The notes under the pieces: generated by a model
Database searches by the model: none
Told to the model about the DNA's origin: nothing
The model's input: the letters and a program-made list of their open reading frames with translations, nothing else
Origin: an uncultured Candidatus Rokubacteria bacterium
GTDB taxonomy: Bacteria; Methylomirabilota; Methylomirabilia; Rokubacteriales; CSP1-6
NCBI GenBank assembly: GCA_963758635.1
Contig: CAVWWD010000006.1
Span: 360,180-424,179 of the forward strand
Direction: 5' to 3'
DNA: 64,000 nt
In this document: positions 51,968-61,919 of the stretch, piece after piece
How positions within the stretch are numbered: the first letter of the stretch is position 1
Layout: every line of letters begins with the position of its first letter
Position numbers and translations under genes: made by a program

Positions 51968-52163
51968 GTGTCCGATCATGCAATCAACAGCGCGGCTGCC
52001 GTGGCGGTGGGTGGGGGCCCGGGGTCGAGGGGTGCTTCCCCTCCAACGGGCATCGGACCCAGCGCGCCCGGATGGAGCCCAGTCCCAGCGGGGCAGCGCA
52101 CGCGTGCAACGTCGCCCCGCGACCCCGGGCCCCCACCCGCCGCCCCTGGAATGAGCGCGCAAG
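51968..52163 (-). repeat. Repeat family A copy, inverted relative to 51709
   Basis: Near-identical to 49468-49664. Confidence 0.9.
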
Positions 52164-52207
52164 ACCGAACGCTCGACTCCGAAACGTCACAAGAAAGGGA
52201 GACTGCG

Positions 52208-53409
52208 GTGCTTCCGCTAGAAGACGTGAAGGTGCTCGACCTCAGCCATGCGCTGGCTGGGCCGTTCTGCTCGACGATGCTGGCCGACTTCGGGGCGCAG
52301 GTGATCAAGCTGGAGCCGGCGGGGGCTGGTGACATCGCGCGGGCGTGGGGGCCGCGCATGGCCGGTGGCGAGACGTCGTACTTCGTCAGCCTGCACCGCA
52401 ACAAGAAGGGCATCGAGGTGGACCTCAAGCGGGCGGAGGGCAAGGAGCTCTTCTTCCGCCTCGTCGAGCGCTGCGACGTCGTGCTCGAGAACTACCGCGT
52501 CGGCGCGCTGAACCGCCTCGGCCTGGGCTACGAGGTCGCGCGCACGCGGAACCCCGGCATCATCTACTGCTCGGTGTCGGGCTTCGGGCAGGACGGGCCG
52601 TACCGCGACCGCGCCGCGCTCGACCTGATCCTGCAGGCGGAGAGCGGCATGATCAGCGTGACCGGTGAGCCCGACGGCCGCGGCGTGCGCTGCGGCACGT
52701 CGATCGCGGACATGACGGCGGGCATGTACGCGGCCTACGGGATCATGCTCGCGCTGCGCGTGAAGGAGAAGACCGGGCGCGGCCAGGCCATCGACGTCTC
52801 GATGCTGGAAGGGCCAGCTCTCGCTCCTCGGCACCATGATCGGCGGCTTCCTCGCCGACGGCGAGATGCCGAAGCCCATGGGCACCGCGTACAAGGCGCT
52901 GCTCCCGTACCAGACGTTCCAGACCCGGAGCCGCGACCTGGCGCTGGCCGTGGGCTCCGAGAAGCTGTGGAAGGACTTCTGTCCGGCCATCGGCTGCCCG
53001 GAGCTCGCCGACGACCCGCGCTACCGCACCAATGCCGACCGCGCGAAGAACCGCGGCACGCTGATCCCGAAGCTCCAGGAGGTGTTCCTCACCCGCACCT
53101 ACGAGGAGTGGGAGCAGATCCTCCTCCCGCGCGGCATCCCGATGGGCGCCATCAACACCATCTCGCAGGTCGTCGAGCATCCCCAGGTCCGGGCGCGCCG
53201 GGACGCTGGTGGAGATGGACCACCCGCGCGCCGGCAAGGTGCGCATGGTCGGCGCGCCGGTGCGGCTGTCGGAGACGCCGGGCTCCGTGCGCACGCCCGC
53301 GCCCCTCCTCGGCGAGCACACCGACGAGGTGCTGCGCGATCTGCTCGGGATGAGCGCGGAGGAAACCGCGGCGCTGAGACGCTCCGGGACGCTCGGCCCG
53401 AAGCGCTGA
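52208..53409 (+). CDS. CaiB/BaiF class III CoA-transferase (frameshifts near 52810 and 53200)
   Basis: PLEDVKVLDLS, AGPFCS, RNKKG, ENYR, SGFGQDGP, PAPLLGEHT. Confidence 0.9.
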
Positions 53410-53515
53410 CCGCGCGGCCCGCCGGGCGGGCAAGTATTACCTGAACCGGACGACCGGCCGGGCCGCGGCGTCACGCAAGTGCTGCGCTCGACAAGCCCCC
53501 GGACTGGCATGCCCG

Positions 53516-54001
53516 ATGCTCTTCCTCTCGGGCATGAACACACACACGACCAGCGATCGAAGTCTCGTCACTCGACGGACGCTCGTGGCCGGACTGGCGC
53601 TGCTGGCCCTCGATGGACTCCCGAGACTCGCCGAGGCCGGGGTCAGCGTGAACATCGGCATCGACCTGCCCGGGCCGCCGCGGCTCGTGCCGGTGCCCGT
53701 CGCGCCCGCGGTGGTCTATGCGCCGGCGGTGCACGCGAACTACTTCCAGCACGGCGGCCGCTACTACGTCTTCACCAACGACGTGTGGTACGTGGGGCCG
53801 CGCTACAACGGACCGTGGGTGGTCGCGCCGCACGTGCCTCCGCCCGTGCTCGCGGTGCCCGTGAGGTACTACCGTGTGCCGCCGCCCGCGTGGCGACACT
53901 GGAGCCGCGATGCGGCGCCCCACTGGAAGGAGCACAAGCGCGGGAAGGGGCACGGCCACGGCCACGGGAAGGGGCATGGCCACGGGAAGGGGCACGACTA
54001 G
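53516..54001 (+). CDS. Secreted Pro/Tyr/Trp-rich hypothetical protein with a Gly-His-Lys tail
   Basis: TRRTLV signal-like segment, AEAGVSVNIGI, WYVGPRYNGPW, KGHGHGHGKGHGHGKGHD. Confidence 0.75.
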   Translation: MLFLSGMNTHTTSDRSLVTRRTLVAGLALLALDGLPRLAEAGVSVNIGIDLPGPPRLVPVPVAPAVVYAPAVHANYFQHGGRYYVFTNDVWYVGPRYNGPWVVAPHVPPPVLAVPVRYYRVPPPAWRHWSRDAAPHWKEHKRGKGHGHGHGKGHGHGKGHD

Positions 54002-54053
54002 CACCACGTGACGAGGCGCCCCGGGCACTCGGTCCCCGGGGCGCCCGACGGCG

Positions 54054-55733
54054 TCAGGGAATCGGGACGGGGCTCTCCATCACCACGTCGACCAGCGAGG
54101 GCCCGGGATGGGCGATGGCCTCGCGGAGGGCCGCCCCGAGATCCTCGGGCCGCTCCACGCGCCGGCCGCGCACGCCCATCGACTCCGCCATCCGGTCGAA
54201 GCGCAGCTCGGGGTCGGTCAGGTCCATCGCCACGAACTTGCGCCCGCGCGCGCCCGTGCCGAGGTACTCCACCATGTTGAGCTTCAAGATCCGGTAGGCG
54301 GCGTTGTTGAGCATGACGTAGGTCACCGGCAGCTTGTGGTGCGCGGCCGTCCAGAGCGCGGTGATGCTGTACATGGCGGCGCCATCCGAGCACACCCCGA
54401 CCACCGGCCGTCCCGGGTTCGCGATCTGCGCGCCGAGCGTGCCCGGCAGTCCCGGCCCGATGCCGCCGCCGCGGATCCGCACCATGCGCCCCGGCTCGGT
54501 GGGCTCGAGCGCCGCCGAGAGATGCGCCTGGTTCGTGATCGCCTCCGAGACCACCAGCGCGTCGGGCGGCAGCGCTTGACGGATCTCGTGCATGAGGCGC
54601 GGCGCGGTGATCGGCGCCGTGTCCCAGCCCTTGCGCGCGCTCTCCTGGTACCGGGCGCGCGCCGTGCGCGTGCGCTCGGCCACCGCGGTCGCGCGCTCGG
54701 CGGCCACCCGCGCCTGCTCGGGCGTGCGGAGGCGCCGCACCTGCTCGGCCAGCTCGGCGAGGGCCGCCTTCGGGTCCGCGAGGAGCGAGATGGCGGGGTT
54801 GATGTTCTTGCCGAGCTCCCACGGGTTGATGTCGATCTGCATCAGCGTGGCGCCGGAGGGGAGCGGGCTCTGCTCGGCCTCCGGGAAGATGAGCTGGAAG
54901 AGCGGCGCGCCGACCACGAGGAGGCAGTCGCACCCGTCGAGCGCGGCGGTGACCGGCCCCGGCGTGACGAAGTTGATGTTGCCGAGGTAGAGCGGGTGCG
55001 TCGCGGACACGTTCCAGTCCGACGCGTAGCACTCGAAGATCGGCAGGCCGGCGAGCTCGGCGAGCGCGGTCACCTCCGGCTGGGCATCGGCAATGGCGAC
55101 GCTGTCGCCCACCATCAGCATCGGCCGGCGCGCGGCGAGGAGCCGGCGCGCCACGTCGGCGAGCACGGCGGCGTCGGCGCGCCCGCGCCAGTGCGTGTAC
55201 GTCGTGGGCTCGACGTGGACCTCGGCCTCCTCGTCCAGCGTGTCCATGGGCAGCGAGAGGAACACCGGCCCGAACGGCGGCGTGTTGGCCGTCTTGAACG
55301 CGCGGCGCAGCGCCCGCGGCACGTCGTGCGCGTGGTGGATCTCCGCCGCCCACTTGCAGACGGGCTTCGCCATGTCCACGAGCGGCCCGGACAGGTGGGG
55401 CTCCTGGACGAGCACCCGGCCGGGCGAGTGCCCGGCGTAGATCACGAGCGGCGTCTTGCCGATGGCGGCGTTGTGCATCATGCCCAGCGCGTTCCCGAGG
55501 CCGGGCGCGGTGTGCACCTCGACGAACGCCGGGCGCCGGGTGAGGCGCGCGTACACGTCGGCCATGCTCACGGCCACGCCCTCGTGCAGCGCGAGCATGA
55601 ACTCGACCTGGGGGTACTCCTGCAGGATGTCCATGAAGCCCTGCTCGGTGGTGCCGGGGTTGCCGAAGATGTGTCGCACCCCGTCGGCGATCAGCTGCTC
55701 GACCATCGCTCGCTTGCCGGTCATCTTGGCCAC
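54054..55733 (-). CDS. Thiamine pyrophosphate-binding enzyme (benzoylformate decarboxylase-like)
   Basis: IFGNPGTTE, LALHE, HTAPGLGNA, SDGAAMY...NNAAY. Confidence 0.92.
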   Translation of the reverse strand: MAKMTGKRAMVEQLIADGVRHIFGNPGTTEQGFMDILQEYPQVEFMLALHEGVAVSMADVYARLTRRPAFVEVHTAPGLGNALGMMHNAAIGKTPLVIYAGHSPGRVLVQEPHLSGPLVDMAKPVCKWAAEIHHAHDVPRALRRAFKTANTPPFGPVFLSLPMDTLDEEAEVHVEPTTYTHWRGRADAAVLADVARRLLAARRPMLMVGDSVAIADAQPEVTALAELAGLPIFECYASDWNVSATHPLYLGNINFVTPGPVTAALDGCDCLLVVGAPLFQLIFPEAEQSPLPSGATLMQIDINPWELGKNINPAISLLADPKAALAELAEQVRRLRTPEQARVAAERATAVAERTRTARARYQESARKGWDTAPITAPRLMHEIRQALPPDALVVSEAITNQAHLSAALEPTEPGRMVRIRGGGIGPGLPGTLGAQIANPGRPVVGVCSDGAAMYSITALWTAAHHKLPVTYVMLNNAAYRILKLNMVEYLGTGARGRKFVAMDLTDPELRFDRMAESMGVRGRRVERPEDLGAALREAIAHPGPSLVDVVMESPVPIP

Positions 55734-55752
55734 GGCTCTATCGCTCCTCTCA

Positions 55753-55855
55753 CAGAGGTTGTGAAGGAATGCGGACTTTGACGTCGGCAAGCGGGCCAAC
55801 ACCGCGCTTCTGCGTACGCACGGATTGCCGTCTCGCCACCCGTTCAGCATCCTCT
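55753..55855 (-). repeat. Intergenic repeat family B, copy 3, with imperfect terminal inverted repeats
   Basis: AGAGGTTGTGAA...TTCAGCATCCTCT; core matches 6394 and 37104. Confidence 0.85.
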
Positions 55856-55928
55856 CGCGGGAATGGGTTGGCCCCCACTATATCGCCGGCCCGCCTCAAC
55901 CACGTCCCCTCACCGGTACAATGACGAC

Positions 55929-56705
55929 ATGCGCCCGCGTGCCGCCAGCCTCGTGATCCTCGCCGCCGTCGTCGCCTGCGCCGTCGCCGCGTGGGCCCTG
56001 GACGGGCCGCCGGGCGAGCTCGAGCGGGCGCGCGCGGACATGGCGCGGGCGGCGCGGGAGTACCGCGCGGCCCTCCGGCCCCTGCTGGACATCGAGACCC
56101 GGGCCGCCGAGCGCGCCGATGCCGCCGTCGCCCACCGCCGCGCCCTGTACGCGGAGGGCATCGTGTCGCGCGCCGAGGTCGAGCAGAGCGAGACGGCCGC
56201 CGCCGCCGCGCGCGCGGCCCTCGAGCGCACCCGGACCCGCGTGGCCGAGGCCGACGCGCTGGTCGTGGAGGCGGAGGCGGCGCGCCAGCTCGCGGCCCCG
56301 CCGCCGCCCGCGCGTCCGGGCGAGCCGGCCCCGCTGCCCGCCCTGATCCGTCACGCTGGCGCCACCGAGTGGTCGCTGTCGCGCGCCTCGCAGCTCCAGC
56401 AGTTCTTCGCCGAGCGCTTCGGGCGCGCGCTCCCGGTGAGCGCCTTCGGGCAGACCGTGCTCCACGACCGCCTGGGCTTCGATCACCGCGAGGCGATGGA
56501 CCTGGCCGTCCATCCGGACACGCCGGAGGGCGCCGCGCTCATGGCGTGGCTCCGAGCCCGCGGGTTCTCGTTCCTGGCCTTCCGCGGCATGGTGGCGGGC
56601 GAGTCCACCGGCGCTCACATCCACGTGGGGGAGCCGTCCTCCCGCCTGCCCCCGACGCGCCGGAGCGCCGCGCCCGCGCCGGTCACTTCATCGCGTACGG
56701 ATTGA
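55929..56705 (+). CDS. Secreted coiled-coil protein with a C-terminal putative metallopeptidase-like domain
   Basis: Signal peptide, Ala-rich coil, FDHREAMD...TGAHIHVG. Confidence 0.65.
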   Translation: MRPRAASLVILAAVVACAVAAWALDGPPGELERARADMARAAREYRAALRPLLDIETRAAERADAAVAHRRALYAEGIVSRAEVEQSETAAAAARAALERTRTRVAEADALVVEAEAARQLAAPPPPARPGEPAPLPALIRHAGATEWSLSRASQLQQFFAERFGRALPVSAFGQTVLHDRLGFDHREAMDLAVHPDTPEGAALMAWLRARGFSFLAFRGMVAGESTGAHIHVGEPSSRLPPTRRSAAPAPVTSSRTD

Positions 56706-57630
56706 TCGGCGTCCCCACGCCGCCGGTGACGGGCAGCGGCGGCGCGACGAGCAGGAACGCGTAGCGCCCGTCGGCCGCGCAGTCCGCGGCGAGGCTCTCC
56801 AGGTTGAAGATCTCGCCCAGCGTGAGCCCCATGTTCGGGATCGCGCACACGTGGAACGGGTTCCGGAAGCCCGCGATCTCCGAGGGCCGCACCTCGACCG
56901 CGTAGTTGTCGCTGGCGATGGCCGCCACCTGCCGCGCGTGGAGCCACGGCGTCGTGTGGACGGACACGCCGGGCGAGTCGTCGAGGTCGAAGTGATCCCA
57001 GCTTCCCCTGGCGAGATACGTGGACATGTGCCCGGTGCGCACGAGCAGGATGTCGCCGCTCTGCACCTCCACGCCGGCGGCGCGGGCGGTGGCCTCGAGG
57101 TCGGCCACCGTGATCGCGTAGCCTCGCGGGAGATGCGACACGCCCTTGTGGCGCGCCACGTCCAGCAGCACGCCGCGCCCCACGATCTTGTCCGTGGTCT
57201 TGTCGATGCTGTTCCGCGCCGCGCCGCTCGACGTGACGAGCCGCGCGTCGTACCCGTTCCACATCTTCCCCGAGTCGAAGATGTGCGCGAGGCTGTCCCA
57301 CTGCGTGACGCACTGGAGCGGCATCACGATCCAGTCGTCCGATCCGCCGTAGCCCTGCATCTCGGCCACGCCGGCCGCGTCGCGCGGGGCGTCGCCGCCG
57401 TCACGGAACATGGTGTGGATGGGGTTGAAGCGGGCGCGCGTCCCGCTCTGCGGGCCCTGGCGGGAGAGCGGGATGCCGAGGGCGAACACCTTCCCCGCGG
57501 TGACGAGGCGGCACGCGGCGGCGATGCGCTCGGGCGTGATGTAGTTGAGCGTGCCGATCTCGTCGTCCGGGCCCCACCGGCCCCAGTTGCGGACCTGCAG
57601 CGCAAGCTTCCGCAGCGCCTCCTCGCTCAT
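56683..57630 (-). CDS. Cyclase family protein (kynurenine formamidase-like)
   Basis: NWGRWGPDDEIGTLN, TQWDSLAH, GRGVLLD, GDILLVRTG, GTPINP. Confidence 0.92.
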   Translation of the reverse strand: MSEEALRKLALQVRNWGRWGPDDEIGTLNYITPERIAAACRLVTAGKVFALGIPLSRQGPQSGTRARFNPIHTMFRDGGDAPRDAAGVAEMQGYGGSDDWIVMPLQCVTQWDSLAHIFDSGKMWNGYDARLVTSSGAARNSIDKTTDKIVGRGVLLDVARHKGVSHLPRGYAITVADLEATARAAGVEVQSGDILLVRTGHMSTYLARGSWDHFDLDDSPGVSVHTTPWLHARQVAAIASDNYAVEVRPSEIAGFRNPFHVCAIPNMGLTLGEIFNLESLAADCAADGRYAFLLVAPPLPVTGGVGTPINPYAMK

Positions 57631-57660
57631 GCGTTGTCTCCTTGTTGGGTGTCTCGCTGC

Positions 57661-57817
57661 GCGCTCATTCCAGGGGTGGCGGGTGGGGGCCCGGGGTCGC
57701 GGGGTGACGTCGCACGCGTGCGCTGCCCCGCTGGGACTGGGCTCCATCCGGGCGCGCGGGGTCCGATGCCGGTTGGAGGGGAAGCACCCCGCGACCCCGG
57801 GCCCCCACCCGCCACCC
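57661..57817 (+). repeat. Repeat family A copy
   Basis: Near-identical to 51709-51870; internal inverted repeat GGGTGGGGGCCCGGGGTCG. Confidence 0.9.
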
Positions 57818-58008
57818 ACGCCGATCGCGCTGGTGTCAGCCGTGGTCACCTGGCGTCAGGCGACGGACGAGGGTAGCACGCGGCATTGGCCTCGGGAGCG
57901 GCGTGGGAGACAGTCCCCCGGAGCCTGGCCCGCGGGGGGCGGCCGCGGTCGGCCACTGTGGCGATCCGGCGCCGGGACGCCGGGGGTCGTTCGGCACGTG
58001 ACCATTTC

Positions 58009-58097
58009 TTGTCCACACTCATCCACCGCCGGCCTTACCCTGGCCTGAGATTCCAGGCACCTGAGCGTCACGCCGGCTTGTGGATGACAGTGGATAA
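58009..58097. promoter_or_regulatory. Four DnaA-box-like 9-mers arranged as an inverted repeat
   Basis: TTGTCCACA (58009), TCATCCACC (58019), TGTGGATGA (58079), AGTGGATAA (58089). Confidence 0.55.
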
Positions 58098-58155
58098 CAG
58101 GGCCGGGGGGGCCCCTGAGCCCGGCCCACACCGGGGTCGGCCAAGGGGGGCGGTG

Positions 58156-58602
58156 ATGCACGAAATTGCCGGCGCTGTGGCACTTTTCGCCTGCGCGCTC
58201 TTCGCCGGAGCCGCCGCGTACGTCTCCCTGGTGGAGCACCCGGCGAGGGTCCAGGCTGGCCTGGCGACTGCCTTGGCGGAGTTCGTCCCGAGCTACCGGC
58301 GCGCCTCCGTGATGCAGGCCTCGCTCGCCGCTCTGGCCACGCTCGGGGGCCTCGCACGGTGGGCGGTCGGGGGTGGCGCCGTCTGGCTCATCGGGGCGCT
58401 CTGCATCTTCGCGGTGATCCCCTTCACGCTCATCGTCATCATGCCGACGAACAAGAAGCTGCTCGACCCGCGGCGCGAGCCGGGCGACGCCGAGACCGGA
58501 CGGCTACTCGACACGTGGGCGCGTCTGCACGCCGTGCGGACCGTGCTCGGGCTGGCGGCCACTCTCGCCTTCCTCGTCGGGCTGGCCCACGGAGGCTCCT
58601 GA
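58156..58602 (+). CDS. DUF1772 (anthrone oxygenase-like) membrane protein
   Basis: GAAAYVSLVEHPAR, IPFTLIVIMPTNKKL, WARLHAVRT. Confidence 0.85.
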   Translation: MHEIAGAVALFACALFAGAAAYVSLVEHPARVQAGLATALAEFVPSYRRASVMQASLAALATLGGLARWAVGGGAVWLIGALCIFAVIPFTLIVIMPTNKKLLDPRREPGDAETGRLLDTWARLHAVRTVLGLAATLAFLVGLAHGGS

Positions 58603-58604
58603 CG

Positions 58605-59236
58605 GTGGATCCGATCAGGCAAGCGTTCGATCGGATCGCCGCGCGCTACGCCGCGGACTTCTTCCACGAGCTCGATCGCAAGCCGTTCGATCGCGAGCTG
58701 CTTCGCCGCGTCGCCGGCCTCGAGCGCCCGCGCGGACCCGTGATCGAGGTGGGCTGCGGGCCCGGGCACGTCGGCCGGTTCCTCGCGGGAGCGGGCATGC
58801 CCGATCGTCGGGCTCGAACGTCTCCGTGGAGTCGCTCGCGACGGCGCGCCGGCTCAACCCCGGCGTGAGTTTCGTGGGCGCCGACATGCGCGCGCTGCCG
58901 CTCCGCGACGCGTCGTGCGCCGGGCTCGTGGCCTTCTACTCGCTCATCTACTGGGACGAAGCGACAACGGGGGCGATCCTCCGCGAGATGCGCCGCGTGC
59001 TCCGGCCTCGCGGCCTCCTCGTGCTGGCCGTCCACGGTGGCGCGGGCTCCGAGCGCTTCACCGACTTCAAGGGAACCCCCATCGACATCACGCTCCATTA
59101 CCACCAGCCGGAGCGGCTGGCCGCCCTGGCCGCCGGCGCGGGGTTCGTCGTCGACACGGTGGAAGCGCGCCCGCCCTACCCCGAGGAGCACCCGACCACT
59201 CGCGTGTACCTCGTCGCGCGCGCGCCCGATCTTTGA
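58605..59236 (+). CDS. Class I SAM-dependent methyltransferase (frameshift near 58803)
   Basis: ELDRKPFDRELL, EVGCGPGH, ADMRALP, RVLRPRG. Confidence 0.87.
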
Positions 59237-59261
59237 CATCCCCGCGTCGCGTCCGTAAGAT
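59233..59261 (+). promoter_or_regulatory. sigma70-type promoter of asd
   Basis: TTGACA, 17 nt spacer, TAAGAT. Confidence 0.7.
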
Positions 59262-59379
59262 GGTTCCGCTCATGAGCTGTCTCACGCGTCGAAAGCGGTA
59301 GCTCCCTCCGGCTCACGCGGGCGCCGCGCCCGCGATCGCGTGTTGTCCCCACTACAACAAGCAAGGTTGAGGTGACGTC

Positions 59380-60468
59380 ATGACCAGAAGGCTCAGCGTC
59401 GGCATCGTCGGTGTCACGGGGATCGCGGGTCAGCAGTTCGTGGTCGCGCTCCAGCGGCACCCCTGGTTCGGGATCGCGCGCGTGGCCGCGTCGGAGCGCT
59501 CGGCGGGCAAGACGCTCGGGCAGGCGCTCCTCGACCCCAAGACCGGCGCCCGGCGCTGGTGGTGCGACGAGGAGCCCACCGCGGACGTCCTGGCGCTGCC
59601 CGTGGAAAACGGCGACACCTTCGATCCGCGCGGCCTCGACGTGGTCTTCTCGGCCACCGAGTCGGAGGTGGCGCAGGTGCAGGAGCCACGGTTCGCCAAG
59701 ACCACGCCGGTGGTGAGCACGGCGTCGGCGTTCCGCTACGAGCCCGACGTGCCGCTCCTCGTCCCCAACGTGAACATGGGCCACGCCGAGCTGATCCGCG
59801 AGCAGCGGCGCGTGCGCGGCTGGGAAGGCTTCGTCGTGCCCATCCCGAACTGCACGGTGACGGGGCTCGTGATCACGCTCAAGCCGCTGGCCGACGCGTT
59901 CGGCCTGGAGTCGACGATCCTCACCTCGATGCAGGGCCTCTCGGGCGCCGGCCGGTCACCCGGCGTGATCGGCCTGGACGTGCTCGACAACATCATCCCG
60001 TTCATTCCGAAGGAAGAGGAGAAGGTCGAGAAGGAGCTCCACAAGATCTTCGGAACGCTGGCCGGCGGCGCGGTGCGGCCGCACCCGGCGCGGGTGAGCG
60101 CCACGTGCACGCGCGCCAACGTGATCGACGGCCACACGGAGTCGGTGACGGCTTCGCTCGGGCGCCCGGCCTCCGTGGATGAGGTCAAGCAGGCGCTCCG
60201 GGGCGCGCCGAACGAGGCGCGCGCCCTGGGCCTGCCCTCGGCGCCCGAGGAGTGGATCCGCGTGCACGAGGACCCGTTCCGCCCGCAGCCGCGCCTGGAC
60301 AGGAACAACGGCAACGGCATGACCACCACGGTGGGCCGCGTCCGCGAGGACGCCGTCCTGCCGAACGGGGTGAAGTATCTCCTCGTCAGCCACAACACGA
60401 AGATGGGCGCGGCGGCGGGCGCCGTGCTGGTCGCGGAGTACCTCGTGGTGAAGGGCTACGTGGCGTAG
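59380..60468 (+). CDS. asd: Aspartate-semialdehyde dehydrogenase (archaeal/eukaryotic type)
   Basis: GVTGIAGQ, AASERSAGK, PNCT, QGLSGAG, NIIPFIPKEEEK, DGHT, SHNTKMGAA. Confidence 0.93.
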   Translation: MTRRLSVGIVGVTGIAGQQFVVALQRHPWFGIARVAASERSAGKTLGQALLDPKTGARRWWCDEEPTADVLALPVENGDTFDPRGLDVVFSATESEVAQVQEPRFAKTTPVVSTASAFRYEPDVPLLVPNVNMGHAELIREQRRVRGWEGFVVPIPNCTVTGLVITLKPLADAFGLESTILTSMQGLSGAGRSPGVIGLDVLDNIIPFIPKEEEKVEKELHKIFGTLAGGAVRPHPARVSATCTRANVIDGHTESVTASLGRPASVDEVKQALRGAPNEARALGLPSAPEEWIRVHEDPFRPQPRLDRNNGNGMTTTVGRVREDAVLPNGVKYLLVSHNTKMGAAAGAVLVAEYLVVKGYVA

Positions 60469-60520
60469 CGACGCCCGCTCGTCGCGACGCTCCTCACCGC
60501 TGAGCCGCGCGGAGCGCGGC

Positions 60521-61829
60521 TCAGCCCAGCGTGTGGATGCGGCCCGCCACCGCGCGCACCTTGCGCGGCGAGGCGAGCCAGATGGCGACCGCCGCGATGA
60601 CGGCGCCGACGATGGCGATCCAGAAGGCCAGTGCGTAGCTGCCGGTGGCGTCGTACAGCGCGCCGGTCACCCAGGGGCCGGTGGCCCCGCCCGCGATCGA
60701 CGCCAGCATGAGCGAGCCGAAGATCGTTCCGTAGTGCCGGCCCTGGAAGATCTCCGCGGGGATGGCGCCGACGACCGAGGTGAGCCCATAGCCGAGGAAC
60801 CCCTGCGCGACCACCATGAGGTGGAGCAGCGCGGGCGCCGGCGCGTCGCGCAGCAGGATCAGGGCGAGGTAGCTCACGACGAACCCCGCGCAGCCCACCG
60901 TCCAGACCCACTCGCGGCCGATGCGGTCCGAGATGTGGCCGAGCGCGATCTGCCCGGGGATGGCGATGAGGCTCACGAGGCCCAGCGCCCACGCCGCGTC
61001 GGCGGGGCGTGAAGCCGATCTCCACGAGGTAGCGCGTCTGGTGCACCTGCACCGCGTACCAGGCGTACAGGCCCCAGAAGTAGCCGACGGCGATCCACCA
61101 GAAGCGCGCGGTGCGCACGGCCCGCGGCAGCGTCCAGTCCACGGCGACCCACGCCGCGTCCACCACGTTCGACCGCCGCTCGCCCGCCGCCGCGGCCGCG
61201 CCGGCGGCCCGGTCGCCGTCCGGCTCCAGGCCGAGCTCCTCGGGCCGCCCGCGCACGAGCAGGTTCAGCGGCACCAGCACGACCAGGAGCACCACGCCGA
61301 GCGCCCAGCACGACGACCGCCACCCGGACGCGACGATCAGCCCCTGCATCCACGGCAGCAGGACGATCGAGCCGACCCCGACGCCGGAGTACGCCAGGCT
61401 GATCGCGAGCCCGCGGCGCCGCACGAACCAGTGCGGCAGGTAGAGGGCCTGCCCCGTGTAGCCGAGGCACACGCTGCCGCCGCCCACGAGCACGCCAAGC
61501 GTGGCGTAGAGGTGCCACGGCTGCCGCGTGAGGGGCGCGAGCAGGAGCCCGATGCCCATCAGGATCACGCCCATCTCGATCACCACGCGCGGCCCGCGGC
61601 GGTCCATCATCCGGCCGAGCGACGGGCTCAGGACCGCGGAGACGAGGAAGCCGAACGAGAACGCGCCCGCGGTGACGCCGCGGTCCCAGCCGAACTCGTC
61701 GAGGATGGGCGGGAACAGGAGCGAGAACGCCGTGCGCGCGTTGACGCCGATGCCCATGGTGACGAACGCGCACGCCACCACCACCCAGCCGTAGAAGAAC
61801 GGGATGCGGGCGAGGGGAGACGAGGCCAC
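60521..61829 (-). CDS. MFS transporter (frameshift near 61005)
   Basis: FFYGWVVV, GRMMDRRGPR, WFVRRRGLA, GHISDRIGR. Confidence 0.9.
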
Positions 61830-61919
61830 TCGAGGAGAACGTCACGGCGCCCAGACTACTACGACCGCGCGATCAGATTGATGGGAGGCCCGGGATCGAT
61901 CAGGACGCCGTGCGAAGTC

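Noticed and set aside
49287..57849. Similar small ORFs containing MEPSPSGAAHAC or HPPPLE as a paralogous protein family
   Set aside because: They are translations of repeat family A
57850..58150. Replication origin
   Set aside because: DnaA-like boxes are present but there is no AT-rich unwinding element and no dnaA/dnaN/gyrB context
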